DNA of 41,749 nucleotides from a virus. Positions 8,676 to 16,410 of this stretch are shown in pieces. Below the pieces are notes generated by a model. That model was not told where the DNA came from and did no database searches. It saw nothing but the letters and a program-made list of their open reading frames with translations. A program made the position numbers and the translations under genes. Location: UHGV virus genome UHGV-1286557, one strand, 5' to 3'. The stretch's first letter is position 1. Every line of letters begins with the position of its first letter.

Positions 8676-8705
8676 GATATTTGCTCCTCTCGTTTCGGTC
8701 CTCTG

Positions 8706-8735
8706 AGTATATGTCTAAATCAATGTTGGTTGCAA
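8706..8735 (-). promoter_or_regulatory. promoter TTGCAA-N18-TATACT for the leftward small-gene block, with a near-palindromic operator TGCAATACTGTATAGCA on top of the -35
   Basis: -35 at 8730-8735, -10 at 8706-8711. The motif ATGTTGGTTGCAATAC occupies the region. The near-palindrome at 8731-8747 resembles the one at 11996-12007. Confidence 0.5.
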
Positions 8736-8858
8736 TACTGTATAGCAAAAATAAGGGCCGCGATAACTGGTATGGTAGTCTACTAGTCAACTAGCCTACT
8801 TGTGCGCGTGGGGTGCGGAATTCGCTAGGACTAATCTTAATGGCGACCGACAATCCAG

Positions 8859-9038
8859 TTACTCTCTTTTGGTTGCTTTTCTCTTCGCAACCAATTTCGA
8901 TTTACTAAGGCGTTTCGCCTCCCTGGACTTCATGCTGCCAATATATCGAGTTAACCAAACCTCGACACTCAATCCGCACTGTTCAGCCCTCTGTGAGATG
9001 TATTCGTACGCATTGTCTGACACTGTTATTTGCTTCAT
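8859..9038 (-). CDS. ribbon-helix-helix (CopG/Arc-like) DNA-binding protein, 59 aa
   Basis: Not in the ORF track. ATG 9036-9038 with RBS CAGGAGG; MKQITVSDNAYEYISQRAEQCGLSVEVWLTRYIG fits the RHH beta-strand plus two helices; basic tail. Immediately downstream of repeat A. Confidence 0.45.
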   Translation of the reverse strand: MKQITVSDNAYEYISQRAEQCGLSVEVWLTRYIGSMKSREAKRLSKSKLVAKRKATKRE

Positions 9039-9084
9039 ATTCCCGCCTCCTGATACTTGCTGCCGTGATATTTACATTCTAGCT

Positions 9085-9372
9085 ATTGCGAACTCGCAAA
9101 AAATATGATACGATCACTGCGTTCTCTTGGCGACGCCCGCCAAAGGGCAGCTCGCCTGAGACGCAATAACGTGATCGACTCACTTTGCGAAACAAAATCC
9201 CTCCATAAATCAATCACTTACCTACCGACTCGCAATCCATTTTTGCGAAAACCAACAAAAACGTCCTAAGTCCTTGAAAACGTTACTCGCAATTTCATTC
9301 GCAAAATTTTGCGAGTCTTGCGAGTCGATTCGCATTACTCGCAACACGTATTATTTTACGAGTTTAAGTCCT
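9085..9372. repeat. repeat A: ~290-bp iteron/palindrome cassette, homologous to 41010-41290
   Basis: At least 8 copies of TTGCGA(G/A)/(C/T)TCGCAA; 16-bp perfect palindrome TCGCAAAATTTTGCGA at 9299-9314; TGATACGATCA; GC hairpin. Shared blocks with copy B: CTAAGTCCTTGA and TACTCGCAATT. Begins at the last codons of the primase gene. Confidence 0.8.
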
Positions 9373-11656
9373 CATCACTTGCAACCAATTCCGGCGGGTC
9401 AAAATCGTTTAAGCCAGTCGGCAGCCGGTATTGTTGGTTGTAAACTTCGCCCGTATCCGGGTTGCGACCATGCACTAAAACCCGTCGTCGCACTAACTCT
9501 TCCAGCACTTTTTTATAGTTGCCGCTGGTGAACTTGTTTCCGCCGGCTGTGCCGATGGCATATGGTGAATAGCCTTCCGGGCGATCATCCAGAAGTTCTA
9601 GCTGGGCCACCATCACCTCTTCGGCCTTGTTCTTGGGTCCTGCGCCGCCGGAGGCTTTCACCGCCTCCCGGGCCACTTCGGCAGCTGGCGATTCGAATGG
9701 CGCCAGGGCGACCGGTACCAGATACAGTGTTTCGTCACGCGGCGACATCTCCAGCGGTTTCGGCGTCCAGCCGGACAGCTGATCGGAAAAGTCCGGGCCG
9801 GCGGCGGTGGACAGGTACGCGTTTACCCGGTCGGCGTGCGCCTGGGGGACGTCGATTTTACATTTCAGCAGGACGAAGCCGCGGGGCGACTGCTTGACGC
9901 CGTTACGCGCTTTTTCGTGATAGAGGTTGATCTGGTGCGGCTTGGTCTCGTCCGGCTGCTCGATGAAGTAGGCATAGTCGACGGCGCCATGCAGTGCGCC
10001 GGAGCCGCGGGCGGTACGCTGGCCCGAGGACGACTTCGCCGGGTGGTGGATAACGCCCGCGCTGCCGCCGGTGGTCTCGGAGATCTGTTTCAGCGCTCGA
10101 ACAATCTCGCCCATATCTGTCGGGGAGTTCTCATCGAACGGTTTTTTAGCCGTGCTGCGCATGGCGACGGTCTGGTTAAGCGAGTCGAAGGCTATCAGAC
10201 CTACCGGGGCGTCGCCGGCCGCGTCGCGTATGATTTTGCATACCTCTTTCACGCCCCGCGCGTCGGTGATATCGATGCCTTTATCCTGCAGGTCGATGAT
10301 ATGCAGCCAGTCCAGGTCGTCCTGGTACATTTTCTGCAGCGCCTGCTTACGATGCAGGCTGGTCTCGCCGCCTTCCGCATCGAAATAAAAGTTGTGCGCA
10401 CGCACGACACGCCGTCCGCCGAACGGGATCCCGGCGGAAATAGCCGCCATCTCGCCGAGGACGAAAAACGACTTACCGATGTTTGACTCGCCGGCGGCGT
10501 ACCAGGTGGATTTGAAATTGATCAGGCCCTCGATAATGGGATCGCGCTTGGTGAACAGGGTAACCGGGTCGTCGTCCAGGTCCTCGTCGGTACACTGCCC
10601 GGCGGACGGGCCATCCAGCGCCGCCATTACCTCGGCCTCGTAGACGTAGGTCACCTCTTCTTCGGGCAAATCCGGCAGCAGTTCGGCGATCTGCTTTTTG
10701 CTGATATTGTGAGCTTCCGGTAAATACTGGTCCGGCACACCGCAAAGGCGCAGCATCATGTGCTGGTGGGTGTTGTGCTTTTTGCAGTGGTCGTGCTGGC
10801 ACGCGAAGCGCACCTCGGGGTGAAGCGCATCCGGCATCATGATTGCCGTGCTGCCGTCGGTCCCGTCGTTGTCGCTGTGCTGGTAGTGGTTGGGGCACTG
10901 TATGGCGAAGCCGCGGCCAGAGGATAGCGGTTCGAGGCCCATCTCCCAGCACCATGCGGCGATAGCCTGGCTGTTCTCGCTGGCGTTCTCCAGCGCTTCG
11001 TCGGTCCAGTTGGTCGAGCCCGATTCGTCCGGAACGTCGAACCGGTGGCGCAGTATCCGGCGGACGCTGGCTGGCGCGCCGCGGTGGTCGATGGTCTCGG
11101 CCTCAATGTGCGGAGCGAACATAAGGCGGGCGCGCTGGAAAGCGGTTTCGTCCATCCCTTTCGCGCCGGTCAGCCCGAGCATATCGATGAATTTATGCTG
11201 ACACGGCCAGATCTCATCCGCCAGCATCGGCCGGTCTGTCGGGATGAGGAAACGCCAGGAGCGCGACTTAACGCCGCCTTTCAGGTCGTGCCGGTCGCCG
11301 CAGGTAGAGTAAGCGAAGAAAGTAAAACCGCCGTCCTCCAGTGCGCGACGCACCCGGCGGATCTCTTTGCTGGATACTTTGTCGATGTCGATAAACAGCA
11401 GGGACCTGGAAATGACGTTATTGTTATTGCGCTTGTTGCGCTCAAACTCCGCAGCGACATACGGCAACCGTCCTTTCTTTTCTTCGTAGCGATCTTCGGT
11501 CTCGCTGCCGTCAATGGATACCCCCAGCACGGGGTCGGCGCCGATCTCCAGCAGGTCGTCGATAAACTCATCCCAGGAGGATTCGAAAGCCTTCGGGCGA
11601 TTGTCGGTTTTATGCCGGCCGAGAGAATAGGATATTTTTGATTTTAACCGTGGCAT
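9356..11656 (-). CDS. DNA primase-helicase: N-terminal AEP-type primase with Cys/His zinc motif, C-terminal RecA-like (AAA_25/RepA-type) ATPase
   Basis: 766 aa. LLFIDIDK and FAYSTCGDRHD are AEP-like; CPNHYQH...CQHDHCKKH is a zinc motif; Walker A GESNIGKS and Walker B IAFDSL; C-terminal basic wHTH-like tail. RBS AGGAG. Confidence 0.75.
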   Translation of the reverse strand: MPRLKSKISYSLGRHKTDNRPKAFESSWDEFIDDLLEIGADPVLGVSIDGSETEDRYEEKKGRLPYVAAEFERNKRNNNNVISRSLLFIDIDKVSSKEIRRVRRALEDGGFTFFAYSTCGDRHDLKGGVKSRSWRFLIPTDRPMLADEIWPCQHKFIDMLGLTGAKGMDETAFQRARLMFAPHIEAETIDHRGAPASVRRILRHRFDVPDESGSTNWTDEALENASENSQAIAAWCWEMGLEPLSSGRGFAIQCPNHYQHSDNDGTDGSTAIMMPDALHPEVRFACQHDHCKKHNTHQHMMLRLCGVPDQYLPEAHNISKKQIAELLPDLPEEEVTYVYEAEVMAALDGPSAGQCTDEDLDDDPVTLFTKRDPIIEGLINFKSTWYAAGESNIGKSFFVLGEMAAISAGIPFGGRRVVRAHNFYFDAEGGETSLHRKQALQKMYQDDLDWLHIIDLQDKGIDITDARGVKEVCKIIRDAAGDAPVGLIAFDSLNQTVAMRSTAKKPFDENSPTDMGEIVRALKQISETTGGSAGVIHHPAKSSSGQRTARGSGALHGAVDYAYFIEQPDETKPHQINLYHEKARNGVKQSPRGFVLLKCKIDVPQAHADRVNAYLSTAAGPDFSDQLSGWTPKPLEMSPRDETLYLVPVALAPFESPAAEVAREAVKASGGAGPKNKAEEVMVAQLELLDDRPEGYSPYAIGTAGGNKFTSGNYKKVLEELVRRRVLVHGRNPDTGEVYNQQYRLPTGLNDFDPPELVASDEDLNS

Positions 11657-11697
11657 TGTTTATATTTACTCCTGGTATTTATGACGCGCTTCTGGTA

Positions 11698-11731
11698 AAG
11701 CCTCTCCGTTTTGGATGAGGCTTATTTTTTA
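11698..11731. terminator. hairpin with T-tract, overlapping the HTH gene stop
   Basis: AAGCCTC-(12 nt)-GAGGCTT followed by ATTTTTT on the plus strand. Weaker in the minus direction (UUUACC). Could act as an attenuator between the regulator gene and primase. Confidence 0.35.
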
Positions 11732-11958
11732 TCCGGGGTGCCTTCCCCAAGCGCAAGCCAGCGAGCATCGCACTCCAGCGCGTCCGCCAGGCGAAAGATA
11801 CGCTCCATATTCAGGCTTTTAGTCCGCCCGTTCTGCACAAATGATAAAGCCGACTGCGAGAGACCCCCGCGCATTACAACATCTTGCTGGCGCAGGCCAA
11901 GCTGTTTCATCCGCGCATTAACGCGGAGCTGGAAAGGGTTACGGCGTGCTGTTGCCAT
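11722..11958 (-). CDS. XRE-family HTH transcriptional regulator (Cro/C-type, no peptidase domain)
   Basis: 78 aa. LGLRQQDVVMRGGLSQSALSFVQNGRTKSLNMERIFRLADALECDARWL is a classic HTH_XRE. First gene of the leftward operon, at the divergent control region. Confidence 0.8.
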   Translation of the reverse strand: MATARRNPFQLRVNARMKQLGLRQQDVVMRGGLSQSALSFVQNGRTKSLNMERIFRLADALECDARWLALGEGTPDKK

Positions 11959-12166
11959 TATAGGAATCCTCTTAATAGATAGGTTGACGTCTGCAATACT
12001 ATAGTATCTAACCGCACATAATCAAGCATTCTCTGGTGATTAGCACTAAGTCATTGATTTTAACGGTGCTGCAATTTAATTTGAAAAATCACTTGCAATC
12101 CCGATTTATCTGGACATATTATTACATCGCCGAAACGCAACCAACTTAACTAAACGAGGATTTACC
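11959..12166. promoter_or_regulatory. divergent control region with two promoters
   Basis: Leftward promoter TTGATT-N16-TATAGT (+ coordinates 12020-12025 / 11998-12003) overlaps a perfect 12-bp palindrome ATACTATAGTAT (11996-12007). Rightward promoter TTGCAA-N17-TATTAT is at 12094-12122. TGCAAT is repeated at 11992, 12071, 12095. GCAACCAAC at 12137-12145. Confidence 0.5.
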
Positions 12167-12655
12167 ATGATTGAGAAATTTTACGCACTGCTGGAGCGCT
12201 TTGTTATTGCCCATGAACTGATCGCCGCTAACAGCCGCCCGGTAACCGGTGCGGGCGGTTCGACCCCGGCCAAAGATAGCGAAGCACAGAACGGCAGCGC
12301 GCCAACCAAAACCACCCGCACCCGTAAGGCGCCGGCACCGAAAGAAGAACCGGAAGACGACGAGCCGGAAGAGAAGACTACCACCAAAAAACGCGGCGGC
12401 AAAACCGAAGCGCAGGCCAAAACTACCCGCGGTAAGAAAGGCACCGACAAACGCGCTGCGATCGGCGAAATGGCAAAAGCTGCCGTAGAAGGCGACGGCC
12501 TGGACGATGACGACGCCGACGCGCTGGTGGATAAGTTCGACGACCTGCTGGAAGACTTCGAAGTTAAGAACGTCAAAGAGCTGGACGACGATCAGGTGGA
12601 CGAATTCCACGACGCGCTGAAAGAGCTGATCGAAGAATTCTACGACGCTGAATAA
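12167..12655 (+). CDS. early protein: disordered, basic middle (KAPAPK/KKRGGK) and strongly acidic C-terminal half; candidate DNA-mimic / anti-restriction protein
   Basis: 162 aa, first gene of the rightward operon. ...DGLDDDDADALVDKFDDLLEDFEV...DDDQVDEFHDALKELIEEFYDAE. No recognisable enzymatic motif. Confidence 0.55.
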   Translation: MIEKFYALLERFVIAHELIAANSRPVTGAGGSTPAKDSEAQNGSAPTKTTRTRKAPAPKEEPEDDEPEEKTTTKKRGGKTEAQAKTTRGKKGTDKRAAIGEMAKAAVEGDGLDDDDADALVDKFDDLLEDFEVKNVKELDDDQVDEFHDALKELIEEFYDAE

Positions 12656-12659
12656 ACGA

Positions 12660-12686
12660 TCTGCCCCGGTGCGCCGGGGCTCTTAA
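12660..12686 (+). terminator. weak hairpin / attenuator after the first early gene
   Basis: GCCCCGG-tgcg-CCGGGGC followed by TCTTAACC. Confidence 0.3.
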
Positions 12687-12702
12687 CCAGGAGTAAACCG
12701 TT

Positions 12703-13401
12703 ATGCGCCTTACCAAAGATATTAAAAACCAGCTGATCACTAACTTGCTGAAACAAGCCCCTCTCGGCCTGCGCGCCATCGCGTGCATGGAAGAGCGCCG
12801 CGACATTGTGAAGACCGCGCGCCTGCTGTGCCTCGCTGCCGAGAAGACAACCGACCTGGAGATCCGCGGCCTGCGTGAAATGATTAAGCGCAAGGGTGCG
12901 GCGGTCGACAATAATTTTGTAAGTGTCTATGCCGCGGTTTGCGAAGTGGACAAAGACAATTATCACTCTTACACCATCGACTTTGCCGTCGGTGGCGAGG
13001 TCCAGTGTCGAATGCTGGACGGGTTCGACCGCTACTATCAGCCAGGGATCGGGCGCCGTGCGCTTCATGATAGTGAATATTTTGGCTGGTGGCTGTATGA
13101 GCTGGCGGAGTTCAAGGATGATGGCTACTTCCTGCCGCGTGAGCGCGTCCTGATCGATGCCGACCCGGCATTGCAGGAGCGTATCGCGAAAGCGGATGCG
13201 GAGTATCGGGACCTGTTCTCGGAAGTTGTAGCATGGCGCGCGACCATGCGCTCAAATCTGTCGGCGGTGAACACTTCCGAGAAATTGCGCGAAGTATGGC
13301 CGGAAGCATTCCCATTCTTACCGGCGCAGGCCAAAACGCAGACGGCAGCGATCGCACTGTCACCTGAAACCCTTAACGCTTTATGTGGGCTACCAAAATG
13401 A
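12703..13401 (+). CDS. hypothetical early protein
   Basis: 232-aa ORF with good coding character; second gene of the early operon. Confidence 0.55.
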   Translation: MRLTKDIKNQLITNLLKQAPLGLRAIACMEERRDIVKTARLLCLAAEKTTDLEIRGLREMIKRKGAAVDNNFVSVYAAVCEVDKDNYHSYTIDFAVGGEVQCRMLDGFDRYYQPGIGRRALHDSEYFGWWLYELAEFKDDGYFLPRERVLIDADPALQERIAKADAEYRDLFSEVVAWRATMRSNLSAVNTSEKLREVWPEAFPFLPAQAKTQTAAIALSPETLNALCGLPK

Positions 13402-13658
13402 AATATACCCTTATGAAAGGCCGCGACTCCCGAGACAACGTGATCGCCTTCTGGCTCCTGCGCACAGACGGCGAGACGAAAGAATGCGCTTACCTCGGCA
13501 AATGCCCGCCGCCGGGTAACCGTGGCGCGCAGGCCGCCCGCATTAAGCAGGTGACCATGGTTAAGCCAGATTTTTATGTCTTTGAGGACCAGTCGATGTT
13601 TGCGCTTCACTGCGACTATGCGTCGGCGTCACTGGTCGCAACCTGGGAGACCGTGTAA
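13383..13658 (+). CDS. hypothetical protein
   Basis: 91-aa ORF (alternative start at 13398). Its stop overlaps the DUF2800 start (TAATG). Confidence 0.4.
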   Translation: MWATKMKYTLMKGRDSRDNVIAFWLLRTDGETKECAYLGKCPPPGNRGAQAARIKQVTMVKPDFYVFEDQSMFALHCDYASASLVATWETV

Positions 13659-15118
13659 TGACCAATGCAAGCGGCAGCAATCACGAACACGCCTTGCTGT
13701 CTCCGTCCGGGTCCAAAAAATGGCTGGGGTGCTCTGCATCCCTGCTGTGCGAGAAGGACATCCCGAACGAAAGCGGCCAGGCGGCCATTAATGGGACCGC
13801 GATGCACGCGGTATCAGAGGACCTTTTAAACCGGCATATTAAAGGCGAGACAACCGTAACAGCGGCGCATTACAAGGGCGTCTACGTCCTGAATGAAGGC
13901 AAAGGCCCGATTAAGGCGGTGGTGGGCAAGCCGCCAGCTGGCTCGGTACTCATCAACGATGAATTCGTGACCATGGTCGAGCGCTACACCGATTATGCGC
14001 TCGGGATCATCTCATCCGCTGAGTACGTGAAGATCGAGATGCGCGCCGAGCTGACTAAGTTACTGCACCCAGGCTATCTGGCTAATTTTGCTGACGAGCG
14101 CACGGGAGAGATCCAAGTTAAAACCTTCGGCACGGCGGATCTGGTTGCCGTTATCCCGCGCACAGACGGGACATTTATGCTGCTGGTCGGTGACCTGAAA
14201 ACCGGTCGGCACGCGGTCGACGCGAAGGAGAATAAACAGCTGATGCTGTACGCGCTGGCTATCCTGGCGAAGCTGCGCAGGCTGTATGACATTACGCTGG
14301 TGCGCCTGGCGATATTCCAGCCTTATTGCGGTGGCCCGTCAGAGTGGGACATCACACCGGAGGGACTGGACATCTTCCGTAAGTTCGCCAGCAAGCGCGC
14401 GATCGAGGCGCTAGACGTGTACTACGGCGGTAAGAAAAATCTTAAGGCCAACCATTTCAAGCCCTCGGCCGACGCGTGCCAGTGGTGCCGGTTCAACGAG
14501 AAATGCAACGCCAGGACGAAGGCCGCTATCCAAACGGGCGGCACTACGGCAACCGATGCCGACCTGGGCGACGAGCGGCCTGCTACGGCATTCGAGGCGC
14601 TGGAAGCGATTCGCAAATTGTGCAACGATGCTGATGTTATGGACGTGTGGGACCACGTAACGCCTCATACAATACTTGCGCTCATTCCGGATCAAGAGAC
14701 TCCGAAGGCCGACGACAATCACGAAATGACGCCGGAGGAGCTGAAAGCGGCCTATGAAAAGCTGCCGGAGTTGCGCCAGCACATCGCCACGATCGAAAAG
14801 GCTATGCATGCTGCGTTGCTGTCCGGCGTTGCGGTGCCCGGCTATAAGCTGGTTACAGGTAACGAGGGTAATCGCAAATGGTCTGATGCCTCGAAGGTTA
14901 CCGAGACGCTGGAAGGCGCCCGCATCAAGCGCGATATGATGTACAAGGAATCGCTGATCTCGCCTACCGACGCGGAGAAAGTCTTTAAGACCGAGAAGCC
15001 GCGGATCTGGCGACGCCTTGAAAAGCTGATCGAGCGCGCCCCCGGCAAGCCAACAATTGCGGCAGCGGACGACCCGCGCGCCGAGTGGAAACAAGCATCC
15101 GATGAGGATTTATCATGA
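13658..15118 (+). CDS. DUF2800 / Cas4-like PD-(D/E)XK exonuclease with 4-Cys cluster
   Basis: 486 aa. N-terminal HALLSPSGSKKWLGC...C; GTADLVAV...VGDLKTG (D...D/ExK); C-terminal C-x2-C-x5-C (CQWCRFNEKC), typical of Cas4/RecB-type Fe-S nucleases. Confidence 0.75.
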   Translation: MTNASGSNHEHALLSPSGSKKWLGCSASLLCEKDIPNESGQAAINGTAMHAVSEDLLNRHIKGETTVTAAHYKGVYVLNEGKGPIKAVVGKPPAGSVLINDEFVTMVERYTDYALGIISSAEYVKIEMRAELTKLLHPGYLANFADERTGEIQVKTFGTADLVAVIPRTDGTFMLLVGDLKTGRHAVDAKENKQLMLYALAILAKLRRLYDITLVRLAIFQPYCGGPSEWDITPEGLDIFRKFASKRAIEALDVYYGGKKNLKANHFKPSADACQWCRFNEKCNARTKAAIQTGGTTATDADLGDERPATAFEALEAIRKLCNDADVMDVWDHVTPHTILALIPDQETPKADDNHEMTPEELKAAYEKLPELRQHIATIEKAMHAALLSGVAVPGYKLVTGNEGNRKWSDASKVTETLEGARIKRDMMYKESLISPTDAEKVFKTEKPRIWRRLEKLIERAPGKPTIAAADDPRAEWKQASDEDLS

Positions 15119-15321
15119 TTATTAAACTGTTTGAGTTTGTCGGCCTTGTGCTCGCATGGGTGGTGCACGGCCTTGCGATAGGGCCTATCGTTTTTCTGGC
15201 ACTTGTTGTCCTACTTATCCGGCCTTTGATTAGCGAGGAGCGCCTGGACGCTATCGGCGAATGGGGTTGGCCAGATAAATACGAGGCCTTTATTACGAAA
15301 ATAACCGGCGTAAAAGTTTGA
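15115..15321 (+). CDS. small membrane protein
   Basis: 68 aa with two hydrophobic helices; ATGA overlap with the preceding gene. Confidence 0.4.
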   Translation: MIIKLFEFVGLVLAWVVHGLAIGPIVFLALVVLLIRPLISEERLDAIGEWGWPDKYEAFITKITGVKV

Positions 15322-15400
15322 CATCTGCAACCAACTAAATTAACGTATTCATACCGGCTCGGCGGTTTCCGGGAGAAACGCAAAAAGTGAGAAACGAAAA

Positions 15401-16159
15401 ATGGGAATCAAAGTAAACCTGAAAAATGTACGCATCGCATGGTTTTATGGATTCGAGAAAGCGAAAGCGAAGAATGACGGCGAAAAGGACGCATATCGCG
15501 TCGAAATTCTGGTTGACAAGGACGACCACAAAAATATTGCCAAGCTGGACGAAGCGGCATTGGCGGTAATGACCGAAGCACTTAAATCGGAAAAGGCTGC
15601 CGAGAAATGGCTTAAGCGCGAAAGCGGGCTTGATGGCAATATCTCCAAAGATTGTGCCATCAAAGACGGCGACGAGCGCGACACGGAAGACGAAAATTAC
15701 GAGCACAAAATCTGGATCCGCGCTAAGTCGTATAAACAGCCGCGTATCCTGACCAGCGAAGGTGAAGAAACCCGGGACGGCGAAGAAGACCTCGAAGGAA
15801 ATGACCTGGAAGGCAAAGTGCCTTACGGCGGCTGCTTCGCCAACGTGTCGATCGAATTGTGGGGCCAGAATAACGACACAGGCAAAGGGCTGCGCTGTAA
15901 CTGGCTTGGCGTGAAATTCGTCGAAGATGGTGAAGCGTTCGGCGGCGGTGGCTCCAGCGAGCGCGCCAACGACGATGACCTGGATGACGACGATGAAGAC
16001 GACACACCACGCCGCGGCAAGTCCAAGCCGAAACCGTCCCGCCGCTCGCGTGACGAGGAGGATGAAGACGAAGAGGCCGAAAAACCCCGCCGTCGACGTT
16101 CTCGCGATGAGGACGACGAAGACGAGGAGGAAGAGCGACCGCGCCGCCGTCGCCGCTAA
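15401..16159 (+). CDS. DUF2815 phage ssDNA-binding protein with an alternating poly-acidic/poly-basic C-terminal tail
   Basis: 252 aa. MGIKVNLKNVRIAWFYGFEKAKAKNDGEKDAYRVEILVDK... is typical of DUF2815. The tail reads DDDLDDDDEDDTPRRGKSKPKPSRRSRDEEDEDEEAEKPRRRRSRDEDDEDEEEERPRRRRR. TTGACA and GCAACCAAC lie upstream, at 15318-15335. Confidence 0.7.
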   Translation: MGIKVNLKNVRIAWFYGFEKAKAKNDGEKDAYRVEILVDKDDHKNIAKLDEAALAVMTEALKSEKAAEKWLKRESGLDGNISKDCAIKDGDERDTEDENYEHKIWIRAKSYKQPRILTSEGEETRDGEEDLEGNDLEGKVPYGGCFANVSIELWGQNNDTGKGLRCNWLGVKFVEDGEAFGGGGSSERANDDDLDDDDEDDTPRRGKSKPKPSRRSRDEEDEDEEAEKPRRRRSRDEDDEDEEEERPRRRRR

Positions 16160-16206
16160 AATCAAGGCCCGCGAAAGCGGGCTTTTTCATATCCGGAGCG
16201 TGAGCC

Positions 16207-16410
16207 ATGTATAAACTCAACCGAAACCGACCCCATGAAACACGAATCCCCGTCGGGCTGCCGCTGGACGTCGAGGGCTTCCGGCAATATCTCATAGAAA
16301 AAGGGATAGCGGCATCCGTTCAACTGGTATCCGAAGAGCTGCAGCAAATGCGGCGGGAGTTGCTGGACATTATTGATCAGCTGGACGCAACCGACGAGGA
16401 CCTGGAATGA
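16207..16410 (+). CDS. hypothetical small protein
   Basis: 67 aa; stop overlaps the polymerase start (ATGA). Confidence 0.45.
   Translation: MYKLNRNRPHETRIPVGLPLDVEGFRQYLIEKGIAASVQLVSEELQQMRRELLDIIDQLDATDEDLE

Noticed and set aside
8800-9108. 102-aa plus-strand ORF downstream of the GTTGGTTGC motif at 8724
   Set aside because: No RBS and Cys/Phe-rich junk translation. The region is better explained by the minus-strand 59-aa RHH gene (8859-9038), which has a strong RBS.
9274-9531. 85-aa plus-strand ORF (MKTLLAISFAKFCESCE...) and its look-alike at 41197-41469
   Set aside because: The shared AKFCESCE peptide is just the translation of the repeated palindrome region (CGCAAAATTTTGCGAGTCTTGCGAG). 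Both overlap minus-strand genes and lack an RBS.
15318-15335. Perfect TTGACA followed by GCAACCAAC upstream of the SSB gene, as a sigma70 promoter
   Set aside because: No acceptable -10 hexamer at 16-19 bp (TAACGT/AACGTA), so it is kept only as a motif occurrence.
15335-16295. Long minus-strand ORFs (276 aa and 190 aa) antisense to the SSB gene
   Set aside because: Low-complexity R/A/F-rich translations produced by the GC-rich acidic/basic repeat DNA; no RBS and no coupling. The plus-strand DUF2815 gene explains the region.
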